Below are positions 1-13,600 of a DNA stretch of 64,000 nucleotides, in pieces. This stretch comes from Daphnia carinata (lineage: Eukaryota). Every line of letters starts with the position of its first letter. Position 1 is the stretch's first letter. The position numbers and the translations under genes are program-made. The notes beneath the pieces were generated by a model. It saw nothing but the letters and a program-made list of their open reading frames with translations. It searched no databases and was not told the DNA's origin. Location: NCBI RefSeq assembly GCF_022539665.2, contig NC_081331.1, positions 11,842,001 through 11,906,000 on the forward strand, in the 5' to 3' direction.

Positions 1-750
1 GAAAAGGTGGGGACGTCGTTGGCAAAAGGGGTGGGCACAAATGACGCTTTTGACTGTCTATATATTGCGTCTCGCATCATTGGCATTTCAGCCGGAATTT
101 TTTTATCGATTTATAAAAAAAAAAAAAAAAAAAAAGGGCTCCCCCTTTTTTTAAAATTTTTTATTTCCTCTCGTTTGTTCATTTGAAAGAAAAAAAAACA
201 GCCGCTTTTGGCACAGCTTTTTGTTATGAAATGCGTTTGTATGTGTTTTGTTGTTTGTCTCACTTTTCTTGAATTATTTAGAATAAGAAAAGAAGGCCGA
301 CACGATGCGGATTCACGGTTTAAGTGGGATAGAAATAGCCGCTTCTTTGATAGCTCGGTTTATTTTTGAAGGAAAAAATAAAAGGGTTAACAAAACAACA
401 CGTTCCGGGTTCTAGTTATGCATTTTCGTTTTAGTTGAATTCAAAAATTGTTTTTTTTTACCGCTACCCTCCGCATGAAAAATGATTCTTTCAGAATTTT
501 TTTTTTTACCTTTTGTTGACGCTTGTTTTTTTTTTTTTTTTCATTCTTATTCCTTGTATGGTCCACCTTCTTTTTTTAGGGGACTTTTGAGGGCGGTTTG
601 TTCCTCTTCATTTAGTCCGTGATATCACCAAACGGCCACTTTGCTCTTCTTTTTGTGGTTTCTTTATATTCGGATGTAATATAGGACATGGACGACATCT
701 CTTTTGATGCCTTTGTCGGTGCAAACGGAGCCGTCTTTTTCTTTCTAGTT

Positions 751-752
<2 letters not shown>

Positions 753-798
<46 letters not shown>
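753..798. repeat. (TC)n microsatellite
   Basis: About 23 perfect TC units. Confidence 0.95.
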
Positions 799-800
<2 letters not shown>

Positions 801-2607
801 TTTGATGTATTTTCATTCGTGTATCCTCTTCTTCTAAATTTTAATATTACCGTTTCTCTTGTCTGTCTCGTCCCGAACAACCGGAGGAAATTGAACGACC
901 GGTTGATGTTTTTTTTTCTTTTTGATATTAAAAGAACAAGCCGAAAAAGATTTAAAAGGCTTATCCGTTGGCAAGTAAACAACAAAAAACTGAAATATAA
1001 AAGCAAATAAATTCAAACTCAAGGGAATATAAGCGGCAAAGACGAAAACCAAATACATTCGACCAAGAACCGTGTTGCTATAGTCTACAGAGAGCACGAG
1101 GGTAAACGGACCCTGGACCTTCCCTTCCAAAAGGCGGAAGAAAAAAAAACATTAAAAAAAAGAAAAAGAACAGCCAGGTGTTGAAAACGAACGTGTCCCG
1201 GACGCGTCGACTATCTCTCTTTTCTTTTCTGCGTTGTGTAACATTTTCTCGCCGTCAGTTTACACGCAAACACCCCTTTTCTTGTTTCCTCTTTTTCTTT
1301 TTTCGGATCTTCTTTTACATCGGCGTTGCTCCTCCGCGTTGTCGGTTCTTGTGTTTTTACTATGCCCCCTCCAATTTTTTTTTGTCTTGTTGTTTGCTTT
1401 GATTCCGCAACGGTGACGACGGCTATTCCCTGCAGCTTCGCAAAGAGGGTGGCCCAGGCGTTATATAACTTGCTGACAGTATGTTGTTGTCTGTTCTTTT
1501 ATTTTACTCGGCAAGCGCAGCCGTCACATTGCCTCTTAGTCTTCTATTCTCATGTCGCGTTGTCGCACTTCATCACGAGGCGACAACTGCCCTTTTTTCT
1601 TTGCTTCAGGCTTGTTATTATCGGCTGCATTTGAAGCCCAACGTTTTTTTTTATTTTACACGCGTTAGATCCTCTGTGTACGGTGCGAGTAAAGTCCATA
1701 TCCGCACGTCATGCATACAGCCGTTCACGCCCCATCCCTCTTGCCAGCGCTGCCGTTGTGCGCGTTTACAACCCCGCCGCTCGAGTGCGGATTTTAATGA
1801 CCCGTTTGAAAACAACTTCGAATGTTCGGCTAAAAACCAGAGAAAAAAGTAAAATAAAATAAAAAGAAGAAGCTTTACGTATAGGGTAAGCGCTCGCACG
1901 CGCGTGTAAGTTCTATAGCCAGTAGGCAAAAGCTGTGCTGCATTACACGAGTCTTTTGAAATCATTTTGAACGACCCAGAACTTCTTATTTATTTTTTTT
2001 TTTCAACCCCCCACTCTTCTTCTCTCGTTCTCTCATTGAAAGAAAGGTGGAGGGGGGGGGGGGCTTGGTGTAGGAATTTTTGAACGTTTGTTGGAAGAAA
2101 CAGTTGTGTTGTTGGAAGTATACGATACAGGAATAAGTTAAAGGGATGAAAAAGAAAATGCAACGAAATGAAGGAAAACGTTTTACACTGTTGAAAAAAA
2201 AAGGTAGAGATAGATTCGTTGGGATTTGTTTATTTTTTAGGGGTACCGCCTTACCGTAAACGCATTTTCTATGTACGATCAAGGTTAGGAAAAAGAAAAA
2301 AAGAAAAAAAAAAAAAACTTACATCGCCCTACCTTTTGCGCTGTTTTAGTCAAAACTATTTTGAAAACTCGTGGCAGTCGAATGAGAAAATTCCTTCACT
2401 TTTTTTTTATGTAATATCGACAGTCGGTAACAGCTTCCATTGTGTGTTGCCACGCCGTCCAGTTGGGGGGCTGTTGGCCTCTCTCTCTCTCTCTACTTTC
2501 ACGTGAATTCCATGGTATGCACGAAAGAGGATTGAACGCCATCACCTGTCTCCTTCATCTCGCACCAAATCTAATTATGAAAAATTTTTCTTTGTTCATT
2601 TTTTCAG

Positions 2608-2730
2608 AATAGAGAATAACAATTGACCAATCGGCCGTAATATCCTTAACCGACACCATCGAGGTCCAACAGGAAAAGTGACGAGACTACGTGCAACAAC
2701 CCGTTTTTTCGCTGTTCGTCGGCTGTCATG
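2608..2730 (+). CDS. kirre: Probable upstream kirre exon: 5' UTR plus the initiator ATG only (2728-2730)
   Basis: Polypyrimidine tract plus TTTCAG acceptor ending 2607. The exon has a single ATG as its last three bases, followed by a consensus donor GTGAGT. Splicing to the acceptor at 22767 gives an open in-frame extension, M-IDSVSITYSNRLE-MSSRN. Confidence 0.6.
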
Positions 2731-5700
2731 GTGAGTCATTTATTATCATCATTTCTCTCTAGCAACCGGCATTTCGTGAGTGAGATTACAGTCTATCTAT
2801 ACAACAAGGACTTCCAATGTTTACTGTAACGATTTTTCTCAAAAACCCTTCAGGTTTTTTTTTTTATGTGTGTGGTTGATTATCAAAGCGCACGCCTTAC
2901 ACCTTTTTTTTTTTTTTTGTTCTTTGCGAGGTTAGCGGACGTCATTGCATCGTGATTGTGTGTGTGTGAGGCGGTGGGTGGGTGGTTTTTTCTTTGTGGC
3001 TTATGGTGTTGGCTGATTCACTTATGTGTTGGAGCCGGTTTCATTAAAATTGACGTTTCTACCTCTCTTTCTCGAGCCACGCCTAGATGAGCTAGTTTCA
3101 TCATCCAAGGTTGAATAGACCACAATCAACGATGGCTCTATACTTAGTTATCGTGTACGCAGACAGAGATAATACATTAGACGTGCTGCGTGCAGTATTT
3201 ATCATCCGTCCAACAGCGGGTGGTGTGGGTGTGTGTGACCAGCCCAATTCTTTTCCCCTCCGACACACACAAAAAAGATAATTATCTTCACCTACAAGAC
3301 TGTGAATTTGTATTCTTTTTCGCTATTGATGATCCAAATGAGTATCGTTTCATTTGCCTTTTCGTATTTGTTTTTTTTTTTCACGCCTCGATGAAAGCGA
3401 ACGGCCCACACACTTGTGTGTACTTTATCGATCGTAGATGATGGAAAAATCCCACGCGCACATTTCAATTTTGCTCTTCTAACTCTGTTTGGATTTCACC
3501 GTGAATTCCATATCGACCCAACTCATCGACAGGGTGAGGGGGGGGGGGGGTATATCATCCTTATTTACGTTTTCCGACGTGTGCGTTGCACGCGGTGAGA
3601 GTAAGGTGAAGCGAATCTTTTCAAATTGAAAAAAAGAAAAACAAAATTCGTGTAAGGCAGTTCGAACGATCGCGGAGGTCCGTGTTCTGTCGAGCACTCA
3701 TCATCGTTATCTGGAACATTTCGATCAAAGTTGTTGTCTACTCCTTTGAGGTTTTCACGCTGTGTCTTGCCACGCAACGGGGAGTCGAATGCAACCCCTT
3801 GACTTGTACGTTTGTTTATTTATTGATTTGTGTTTCATATACTCGGTTTGTTTTTAATTGAAACACGACTCTTTGTACTACAATTTCACGTTACACCGTA
3901 TTTCATAAACTGGGTCGCCGCATTTTCGGTTAACTTTTGAATTTTCGTCTGGAACGAAATTATTTTTTTATTTTTACGAGACCCGTAGTGGAATGAACTC
4001 CATCGCGTTCACGTGTTAATTTCTTGTTCCGCTTTTTTTTTTTTCGTATGCTGTCGCCCCATTGACATTCAAATGAGCTGCTATTACCAATCGTTTGAAA
4101 ATGATGAAAAGAAGCCATTGCCGTTCAAAAAAAAATAACAACCGGAAAATGGAATGATGTGTGCGGATGGTTTGCAATGGCGTCTAGAAGATCTTCTTCC
4201 TAGATTATAAATAAGGTCAGAAAAGGGAGGCCGGGATGATGGCAGCTTTCTCGAAGGAGTTACACTGTGAAACCAGGAAGAAAAACAAACGTGCCTACGT
4301 GCAAATGTTGTGCTAGCAAAGTTTCGTGAGCATTTCTTCGTTCAGTCCCGTATTTCTTTTTGTTCTGTGGACGCCGTTCACGTCGCACTTTGTGGGTGAG
4401 GGTCTAATTGGAACGTTCGCCTTCGAATCGACTCACCTCGACTGGACTTTTTCTAATTCATTTCAAGTGCAGGCAAAGTCAATCATCGCACGTGTTTCGG
4501 CCGTGAAACATTTCTTTTTCCATTCTTCTAATGCAAACCAAAAAAGCACAAGGTTGTTGTCAACTTTTGTACATTAATAGCCTCGTGCGTGATGCAATTA
4601 GCCCTACGTTCGTTATGAAGTTTCTCTCGGCCATCTTTTCACTTTTGCTTTTATTGCCTCCTCCGTCTTCCAATTGTCTCGTTACGTCTGTTTCTTTTCC
4701 CCTTGTGCCGATCCCTTCATTAGCAGCCGACTGATGGATGTTCTCGATTTTCATGCGTCATCCGACCGTTGTTGTCCCGATTTCTTTTGACCGATGAGCT
4801 GGATGTAAAGAATACCATAACGATTTTTCAACTTGATGTTTGAAATCTGCTCACGAATATTTAAACGAGTTTACACACACACAAAAGGAGAAGGAACTTG
4901 AAAAGCACGTGATATTTCCGGCCCCTATCGTCTCCATCTTTTCACTAATGAAGGAAGAGGCCGTCCTTGGCGTGTGCTGGACGCAAACATTTCCTATCGT
5001 CTTAATAGGCAGTGGCATGTATTCCATCCTTCCTCTTGTTTTCTTTTTCTTCTTCCTTTTTGTCTCAAGGTCTTGAACTATAATCGGAATCTTCCATTCC
5101 ACCAACGCGTTTCTTTTTGTCTATCGCACTATCCCTTGTGTGAGTGTGTTTGCTTGTTGAGCTTGTATTTCGGAAGCCCGCCTCGCGTTTCCGACACTTA
5201 TATGACGGGCGCAGCCTGGCCTACCGCCGCCGCCTCTGGCAGTCATGACTCGCATGTCGTCTCCTTCCATCAACTTCCACACATCCGGAGTTTTCAGAAA
5301 AAAAAACAATAAAATGAAAAAGGGAGGGACCGTGCTTTGATTGTAACCTTGCCCAGTTAATTAAATAAGACCTTTAAAAGGACAAAGAAAGGAACAAAAA
5401 AAAAAAAAACAACCGCATAGAACTTTTAACACAAGGCACCATATGTCTCCGATTGGAGGCTGTGGATGCGGAGTCACACACAAAAATTGGAGGGGATGGG
5501 GGTCATTCCGGCCTTGCCATTGTGTTGACCATGTGTTTGTCACTACTCTTTTATGCGCATAAATGTGCTACGACTCGATAGCGCTATGCCGACAGCGAAG
5601 GGCACATCAGTTGCTGGAAGATGAGATGTTTTTTTTGTTTTTTCACACAGAAGGATTTCTTTTAACCCCCGGTTTGTTTTTCGGAGCCCCCCACAAAGAC

Positions 5701-8700
5701 TCTTGATCTCTTTTTTTGCCCTGTTACTACTCGCTCACAAACTTGATGGTTCGACAAAAACGGGGCAAGTAAAGAAAAAAAATGTCAAGTTTCATGATGT
5801 AGTGGTACGGGTGAGAGTGCTCATCTCTCTTGTCTGTTTCGGCTTGTCCATTTCCAGCCGAGATAAGGGGGGGGGGGGGAGGACTGTAGGATTCCCGACT
5901 CTTCTTGGGGGAATGTCGTGAGACGGAGCTCATCCGATAGAGGCTGAAAAGGGACATATTTTATAGGGAATGTCTTGAGTTCACATGGAGAAGATTGCTC
6001 TTGATCTTATTTCAGTCTGCTAGTAAATGTCCGTGCAATTTCCAAAGAGCTTTAGATGCACTTTTTTTCTTTCCCTCACTATTAAGAGGGGGAAAGATGT
6101 AATATTTGTAGGAATAACACTGCGAAGAGTGATGATTTGATCTAGCTTCCCTTATAAGCTACTGCCATGTGGTGTAGTGCCTGTGGATCGGATGCGCCAG
6201 ATGGATGCTGTTTGTTGACAGCCAAGTCTCTCGTCGTCTCTCTCCTTTCAGCATGCACGACATGACGCGTAAAGACGACAACAATAACCCAGAAACAAAA
6301 GAGTTGTTTACCTATTCTTTTCTGACTGTGTTAACAGAAAGAACAAAAAAAAAAAAAAAAAAAAAATGAAAAGAAGCTGATCTTCGTTTAAATTCGAGTT
6401 GGATCATCTGGACCTCGCATACCTACTTGTTTATTTCACGAGCGTCTTTTTTGGAGGCTATCCAGCACGTTCCATTTAGATGGCTCGTGTTCGATAATCG
6501 TAGCTGGAGCGAACGGGAAAAGACTGGAGAGAAATGAGGAGGGTAGCGCTCAGTGGCCGCGTGATTACAGGAAGGAAGTGACCCCTATGAAATTGTTCAT
6601 CCCGTCAATTTTTATTTTTTTTTCCTCTCTTTGTTTTTTTTTTTTTCAAGCTCGTGCGTGCCTTGTTGTTCTTGTCGTGTACTTCCACACCACTACAACA
6701 TTCACCCTCCCTTTGCTATTACCCGTTTTTTTTTGTTGGGTATAGCGTTCACTTTGGAGCCCTAACATCTAACCCGTGAAGCAGTTCATCACCGCCACTC
6801 TAGTGATTGCAATCACGTTACCCACCGACTTACACGACCCCTTTCTTCTTCCACTTCCTCTTTTCAACCTGTCTGTAACTGTTGATTTTTTTTTCTTCTT
6901 CTTCTTCTTTGTTCTCTGTTGTCGTCCTTTGCGTGTCTTGCACAAACTCATAGCCCAACTGAGTTTTTTGTGACTTGATTTTCTTTAAATTTCTAAATCA
7001 GTTTTTTTTGTAGTAATCACGGTAGAAAGCCACTTTGTTTAAATGACGTAAATCTTTGGAGGGGGGTTCCTTCCTGGTGCGTGCACTCGATGTCGTTTTT
7101 TTTTTTTTAACTGAAAATGGAATTATGCAATTCACCGAACAATTGCAATTAAAAACTCTTTTCTTTTTAAAGGGGGACATACTTGTTGAAGCTGTTATTA
7201 TTATTTATTTTTTTTTTACTGCGGACCCTCTTGGTGAAGATAAGCTAATGTCGTTAAGGCTACAGGGCAGGATCAGGGAGAGTTGCAGGTGGGGGGAAAA
7301 ATCAACTTGATAATGATGATTATTAAACGAAGGAGGGCACAAGATGGAGGCCTCCCCCCGTGGTGATTTTTTTCAAATGAAACACTTTTTTTTTCTGCTT
7401 TTTATTTGTGTGCGTTCGTTGATCGTTTTCTCCGATTTTTTGTTTTCCCCCTCTTCATCCCTGTGTTAAATTGTCTTCAGGTGGTTAACGTAAACGGGAG
7501 GAAAAGAGGGGGAGCTCGCGCTTCTCCTAGATACATAAGCTATAGCCCACAGCGCAAGGGATGCATACGATTCACTGGAACGGAAATGAATAAGCAACCA
7601 TTAGCTGTTGGTTGAAGCCGACCGAGAGTTTTCCTTGGCGACCCCTTGCCGCCGTTGCTTTGCAATTAGAGCGCTCCTTATTCAAGCTGTGTGTGTGGCT
7701 CTCCACAATTTGTAAAGCACAGATTTCGTTTTTCTTTTTTTTCCTACCGATAAAAGCCAATGAATCACACTGAGGAGATGGCGAAAGCATTTTCTTTCTT
7801 TTTTTTTCCGGTCATGAAGTCAAGAAAAAACAAAATAATACCCTATGGCGTTTCACGTGAAATCGCGGAACTTTTGCTGGAAGGCCGGGACGGCCTGTTG
7901 GTGGGCGGGTTTAGCCTTGTTGTTATTATTATACCGTGACCAGGGTATTCATTCTACTGGACTCGGCTCATTGTTATTTGCTGTTGGGCCGTCGTGTCTT
8001 CGACGTTGGTGGCATTCGACCTCAATTTCGCCTACCGTGTTACACCGAAGATGTCGTGCTGCGTGTCCCGCGTTCGCGAAAGAAAACTTTTTTCCTTTCT
8101 TGCACTCATCCCTGTTTCTCTAACGTTCAACAAACAATTTAAATGAATATCATTAAAAGAAACCATCGTCGAGAGAAACAAATGACAAGGTTGTCTTAGC
8201 TGAAAGGGATGCCCTGTGCGTTGCCTATGGTAATTGAAGAGTGAAACGATTTTCAATTCATCGATTGAATCAAAAAGAAAGCGACAGCTGGGCGTGAAAT
8301 TGTAGGGAGTTGGAAAAAGAATTGCAGCGCATGCCACTCGTGAATCTACTGTTATCGAGTACGGGGGCGGGTTGAAATCATTTCGATTCGACGTTGATCA
8401 ATGTTGCGGTATACACGTCGATGAATGCGTGTAAATTTAGGCTCGCGGCGTGCCCTGCTAGTCGTTCACATATTTCGATATTTATCTTTCCCTGGGTGTT
8501 TCCCCTCTTTTTTTGTGTGTTGAAAAAAAAAAAAAGACACAAATTTCATCGTCATTGTGGCTTTTTGTGCTGCTGTCTGTTTGTTCTTATTTAGGCCATG
8601 AAAATTAAATGAGAGACAAATGTCGTTCTTTTGTTCCATTCGGAAAAAAACTATGGCATTTATTCCGTTCCGCGTTTAGCGATGTACAGTTGAAGTGGGT

Positions 8701-9533
8701 ACGCGAATGTTATCTCTGCTGGTAGCTAAGCGTTTCAATTGTCTCGCTATTTCCGTGCCCCCCTCTTTAAAAGTAAATGATGTCCCTTTTTTTTTTTTGT
8801 TTTGCTATTCGTTCCCACTAAGCAAGTTAAATCGTTTCTATTATTTACGTTTTTTCTACTCGTTTTTTATTTCGTCAATATTTTATTGTAGGCAAGCGAG
8901 GAGTGGCGCATTTGCTGTCACTTCAAGATTTTGTTTTTGCATGGCCCTTAGTCCCTTTTTTTTTTTATGAACGAGGGAGAAAAAAGTGCAGAATCTTTTA
9001 GTTTTTTTTATATGAAGGAAATGCTGCACAGATGCATCGTTTTGCATTCGTGAGAAATGATGGAGAGGAATGAAAGGCCAAAGATGCGGAATAAACGAAA
9101 CGAAAAGCAGAATAAAAGAAACGGCAAATCTCCGGTTCATCTGGGCGTAGGAGAGTTGATATAACACCCACGACTGCAGGGAGAGTCACAGACAATGAGA
9201 GAATTTAAGGGGTTCCTCCTCATCACGCTTGGCCAAGTTTTTGATTCGCTTATCTCGGCACCACCTCGAACCCCGGACGCGTGAAAATACGGCTTGCGTC
9301 GCAGTCTTTCCTCCTCTCCAATATTATTTAACTATACACCTCCTACGTCTCTTTACGTATGCCTATTCTCTCCTTTTTTTCTTTTCAAACAAGAATTGCA
9401 TTTTTGCTTTACTCATTTACATGTCGAAAGAGTGTTAGCGTCCAACAGAAGGACGTTTTCGTTGGGCTTTTGTTCACATGGCAGGACTTTGTGTTTCGTA
9501 TTCTTAATTTTGTTTGTTTACAAAGCAACGAGG

Positions 9534-9565
<32 letters not shown>

Positions 9566-10609
9566 CACGAAAACATCAACAGATATTACCCTCTTGGCGA
9601 ACCAACTGCTATTCTCTCCAGCTATCTTTATAATTAGACGAGCGTACGCACGTATTAGCCGAGGGTCGGGTTATGTGTACAATATGTATACATGGTGTGG
9701 ACGATCGTTTCCACCCCCTTCAGATATTTGAATTTTCTTTCTTTGTCCGCCATTAGTAGTCTTTTCGTTTAATTAGAATCCCTCCTCGTCGAAATAGGGG
9801 AAAAGAACAACAAAAGGACTTGAATCCCATTCTCTTAATGTTTTTGATAGTTAAAAAAAAACTCAACCCCTTTGGACCCTTTGTCTAAGAAAACATTTTC
9901 AATTTTGAATTTCCTGAGTGGGGAGGGGAGTAAAAATTAAACGGATGCGCGTGATAGCAAATTTTGTTTGGTTTTTCAAGCATTTAAAACAAATAAATGA
10001 TTCGTCTGAAAGTTTGTTTGGGTAGAGTGTCAGGTGAGAATAGATTTCACTGATGGCTCACAGCAGCCGCGCTTTGTATTTAGAATTTTTAGGAGTGTCA
10101 CATGCAAAACAGATTAACGTTTTTTTTTGTGCCTTTCCTTCTCGCCGGCTGGGGGTCCATTCATTTCCGAGTGCAAAGTTGAAGAAAAAAAAAAGACATT
10201 TACTTCTTAGGTTAGGGGGTAGTAAAAAAAAAAAAAAAGAAAAAATCTTATTCCTCCCCCCTCCTACACCATGGCTTCGCACCGTGTGTTTTAGCCTTGT
10301 CTTGATAGTTTCCAACCCCCCCTCTGGCCTCTATTTTTCTCATTTTGTCCGGGGGGATAGGAGAGAAATAAAGAAAAAAAAAAAACTTAAGCAAAAGAAA
10401 ATATAAGAAGAAGGTGGAGCATAGTGGTAGTATACCCCGGCTGCGTCGGACGCGTCACGACCGGTCGAGACCCGCATAGGGCTTCTGCCTCGCTCTCTCT
10501 CTCTCCGCTAGCTGTTTCTAATGGGCCAGCCCCCATTTTTGGTAGCACACTATGCCACTAGGGGTAAGAAAAAAAAAAAAGCAATCGGAAGAACCGAGCC
10601 GACTCTCAC

Positions 10610-10644
10610 TCAGTCGTCTCCAAGACCTTGTAGGTGCTGGTCGT
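10610..10644 (+). promoter_or_regulatory. Inr + DPE core promoter, probable alternative kirre TSS at 10612
   Basis: TCAGTC at 10610-10615 matches the Drosophila Inr TCAKTY. GGTCGT at 10639-10644 is exactly +28 to +33 and matches the DPE RGWYV(T). A CT-repeat (GAGA-like) lies at about 10494-10505. Confidence 0.55.
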
Positions 10645-13600
10645 GCATTTCTTCTCTCTCACCGCTCTTTGTCGAATATCGCCGGCCGAGTGTCTTAACG
10701 GCGCAGGTCTCTCTCCTTCTATTCGACGAGTTTATTTGCAGACTCTTTTTCTCATATCTTTTTTGGGAAGTTGATTTCACTTATTGAATTTAGTTTACCT
10801 TGTGGAAGTTTCTTTCTTTTTTTTTTTTTTTTTTTGCTTCTTGTTTGTTGAACAGACACGAGATACAACAAGGATTATTAAAAAAGAAACAGACGAAAGA
10901 AAGAAGTTGAAGAACAACATTTCGTGTGTGCGTGTGTTTTTTCAAACGTGGCGCGCGATTTAAAAAAAAAAGAACTCTTTTCTGTAAATGTGAGGGGACG
11001 ATGTGACTAACATCCCGTGACGGATTGCGCGTGTGTTTGTGTGTTATTTATGTGGATCCTATTACTTACGACATCATTTCCTCATCATTGACTCCTTGCC
11101 ATTCGTTAAGAAGGTTAGCGTACACACAACTTTTTTCCTTTTTTTTTTTTTTAAGTATAAACCTTAGCTCCTTTTATGGTTTTCAATATGTGTTTTTTTT
11201 TCTATTTCTCTTATTCTGTTATATTTGTTTTTTAAGCCGAATTTTTTGAAACGTGATTCCGGCGTTTCTGTAGCGCAGCGTTAACACATGAAACGGTTGT
11301 TTACCATTCTCTGTTTATTTGTCACCGCCATAGTGATTTCATTCTAACGTCTAGAGGCCGGCAGTAAAAACACTTGTCGACAACGTACGGTACATTCGCG
11401 TAGATAAAATGTCCTTTAAGTGTGTCGACTGCGAAGGATATACGAAACCAGATTGCGAAAAAAAAAAACATACGGGAAAATTCATTGCTTCTCCTTAGGT
11501 CACTCTTATTGTTGTTGCCATTTGTTTGCGTTGCACTCTGCGTCGCATTTTTTGTCCGAGCCTTCTTCAGTTTGACATGCACACGCACTACGTTTCTCCG
11601 TGTTTGTGTGTGTGTCTGATGCGTTGCCTTATTCCGGTCTTATTCATCCTTCTATGCGCTTGGTGCTCCTGTTATTCTTGAGTAGTAGATTCACTTCTCG
11701 TCCGCCTTCTCAAAAGCCTCTATGGCTCGATGGCACCTCTCCTGTTCTCGCTCTCTGCTTCCCATTGTGTTACACGCGTGTGTTGTTGACTTCCTCTCGG
11801 ACGTGAGGGGAACTCGGGAGGAAGAAAACGGAAGGAACTAAAGGGAAGCTGTGCCAGGGGGTGACGCGAAAGACAAGGATGATGAAAAAGGATGTCAAAA
11901 ATTCACACTCGAACGAGCAAATGGGATACGTTTTAAGAACGAAAGGCTTCTTTCTTTTCCCCTTCGCTGTTGTTGTTGTATACATTCAATATTTATTTGT
12001 ATTGTCATTTCGACTCGGAAAATGAGGTAGCGGCCAAAGGGAGCCAATTGGATTTCACTGCGTTGCACCATCATAAAAAAAAAAATCCCGTGAATTTGCT
12101 TATCAGTGATGTCAGGCCGTAGACTTTTGCGCTGCGTTCAGGTCGATAGGAAAGCTAATGTCTGCTTCACATTTTTTCTTTTCTTCTTCCTGGAAATGAG
12201 AAACTGGAATCATTAGCCTGTCAGTTGGTTATTATTGGGTAGGTACTTTTTCTTTCGCCAGAAAAAAAAAAACTCAAGAGGAAGACAATGTCTTATATTG
12301 TTTTTTTTTTTGCTCAAGAAATGTCCGATGGTACAGCGCGTAATCGAAGCCCCGGCTTTGGACGTACACGCAGAAGCTATCTAGTTGATGCGTTCCATTA
12401 TCTTTACACGGTAGGCACGTAAAGTTGTGAAGCTCGCATCGATGAGTGTGCGCAAAACGTGCGCATGTCCTTCTAGAACGTAAATATGATTGGTTTTCAA
12501 CGGAGAAAATGAGAACTGAGCACGAAGGTGGTGGACTACTGGTTCACCTGTGGGTTATGCGTACCGTCCTCTGTGTCTAGTTTGTATGTCTTTGAGTTTG
12601 AAAACTTGAGCTGCTTCCCCTCTTCAACAATCCCAAAAACAACCGCAGACGCTGACTCTGTTGCACAGGAAAAACAATACCATCACCGAATAGAAGGAGA
12701 AAGAAAAACAAGAGGGATAACAATAGCATCATCAACGAGAACAGAGAGGTCTGACTGGAACTTTTTCCCCCTTCTTTTTCATCTGACTTGTTGTTTTGAA
12801 TTTCTTTTCACTCTCGAATGACTTTGCCTTGGCGGCTGCTGGCTTTTATTTTGTTTTTCCAAATCGAATTTGCATATAATGTAGACAGTTGTTGTTTTTT
12901 TTTCGTGTGCGTGATTGTCGGTCTGTATACTTAAGCTCAATTCTCATTTTTCCTTTTGGAGAGAAATGCGGTAAAAGATTTTTTTTCGGTTTGAAAACTT
13001 TCGCTGCGTTCCGACATCGTCCGATCGATCGTGACCGTAAGAAGAGAAAAACGCCTATAGGTTTTATTTTTACGGTACCCGTTTTCTCTTTGCGCTGCTG
13101 CTGATGGCGTGTACCTGATTGGTAGGCGTTATGCTGGCGCTCAGGCAAATGGTGGCCCACAAATTACAGCAACGAACTGAAGGCGATAGGTCAATTTAGG
13201 ATACGTAAATTTTCACCAACTTCGTTTGGTTTTCCTGCTTTTTTCAGAAGAAAAGAAAGGCCAAAACAAATTATGTTTTTGAAAAAAAAAGAGGCAACTT
13301 GGAAATGTACTGATGTTAATACGAGTAGTAAATAGGGAGAAAAGGTTACTTCATTTTATGATAACGAATGGACATCCCGGAAACCCATTAGACGGCCATC
13401 ATCAGTATAGTAGCATACGCAAGAGGGGGGTAGACGAGGGTGATGAAGGCGAAGGGGAGAAAAAAAATCGAGGCCTTTTTTTTTTTTTTTACCCTAGTGG
13501 CAATCTGCCAACGCCATTATATCGTTCACGCTGTTATTTCGAAAGATAAATATTAACTATTGCGACCTTGGTGCCGAGAGTCCGTTCAATAGACAATTAC

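Noticed and set aside
9049..9056. Su(H)-type site CGTGAGAA in the kirre intron
   Set aside because: An isolated 8-mer in 20 kb is not distinguishable from background without conservation data.
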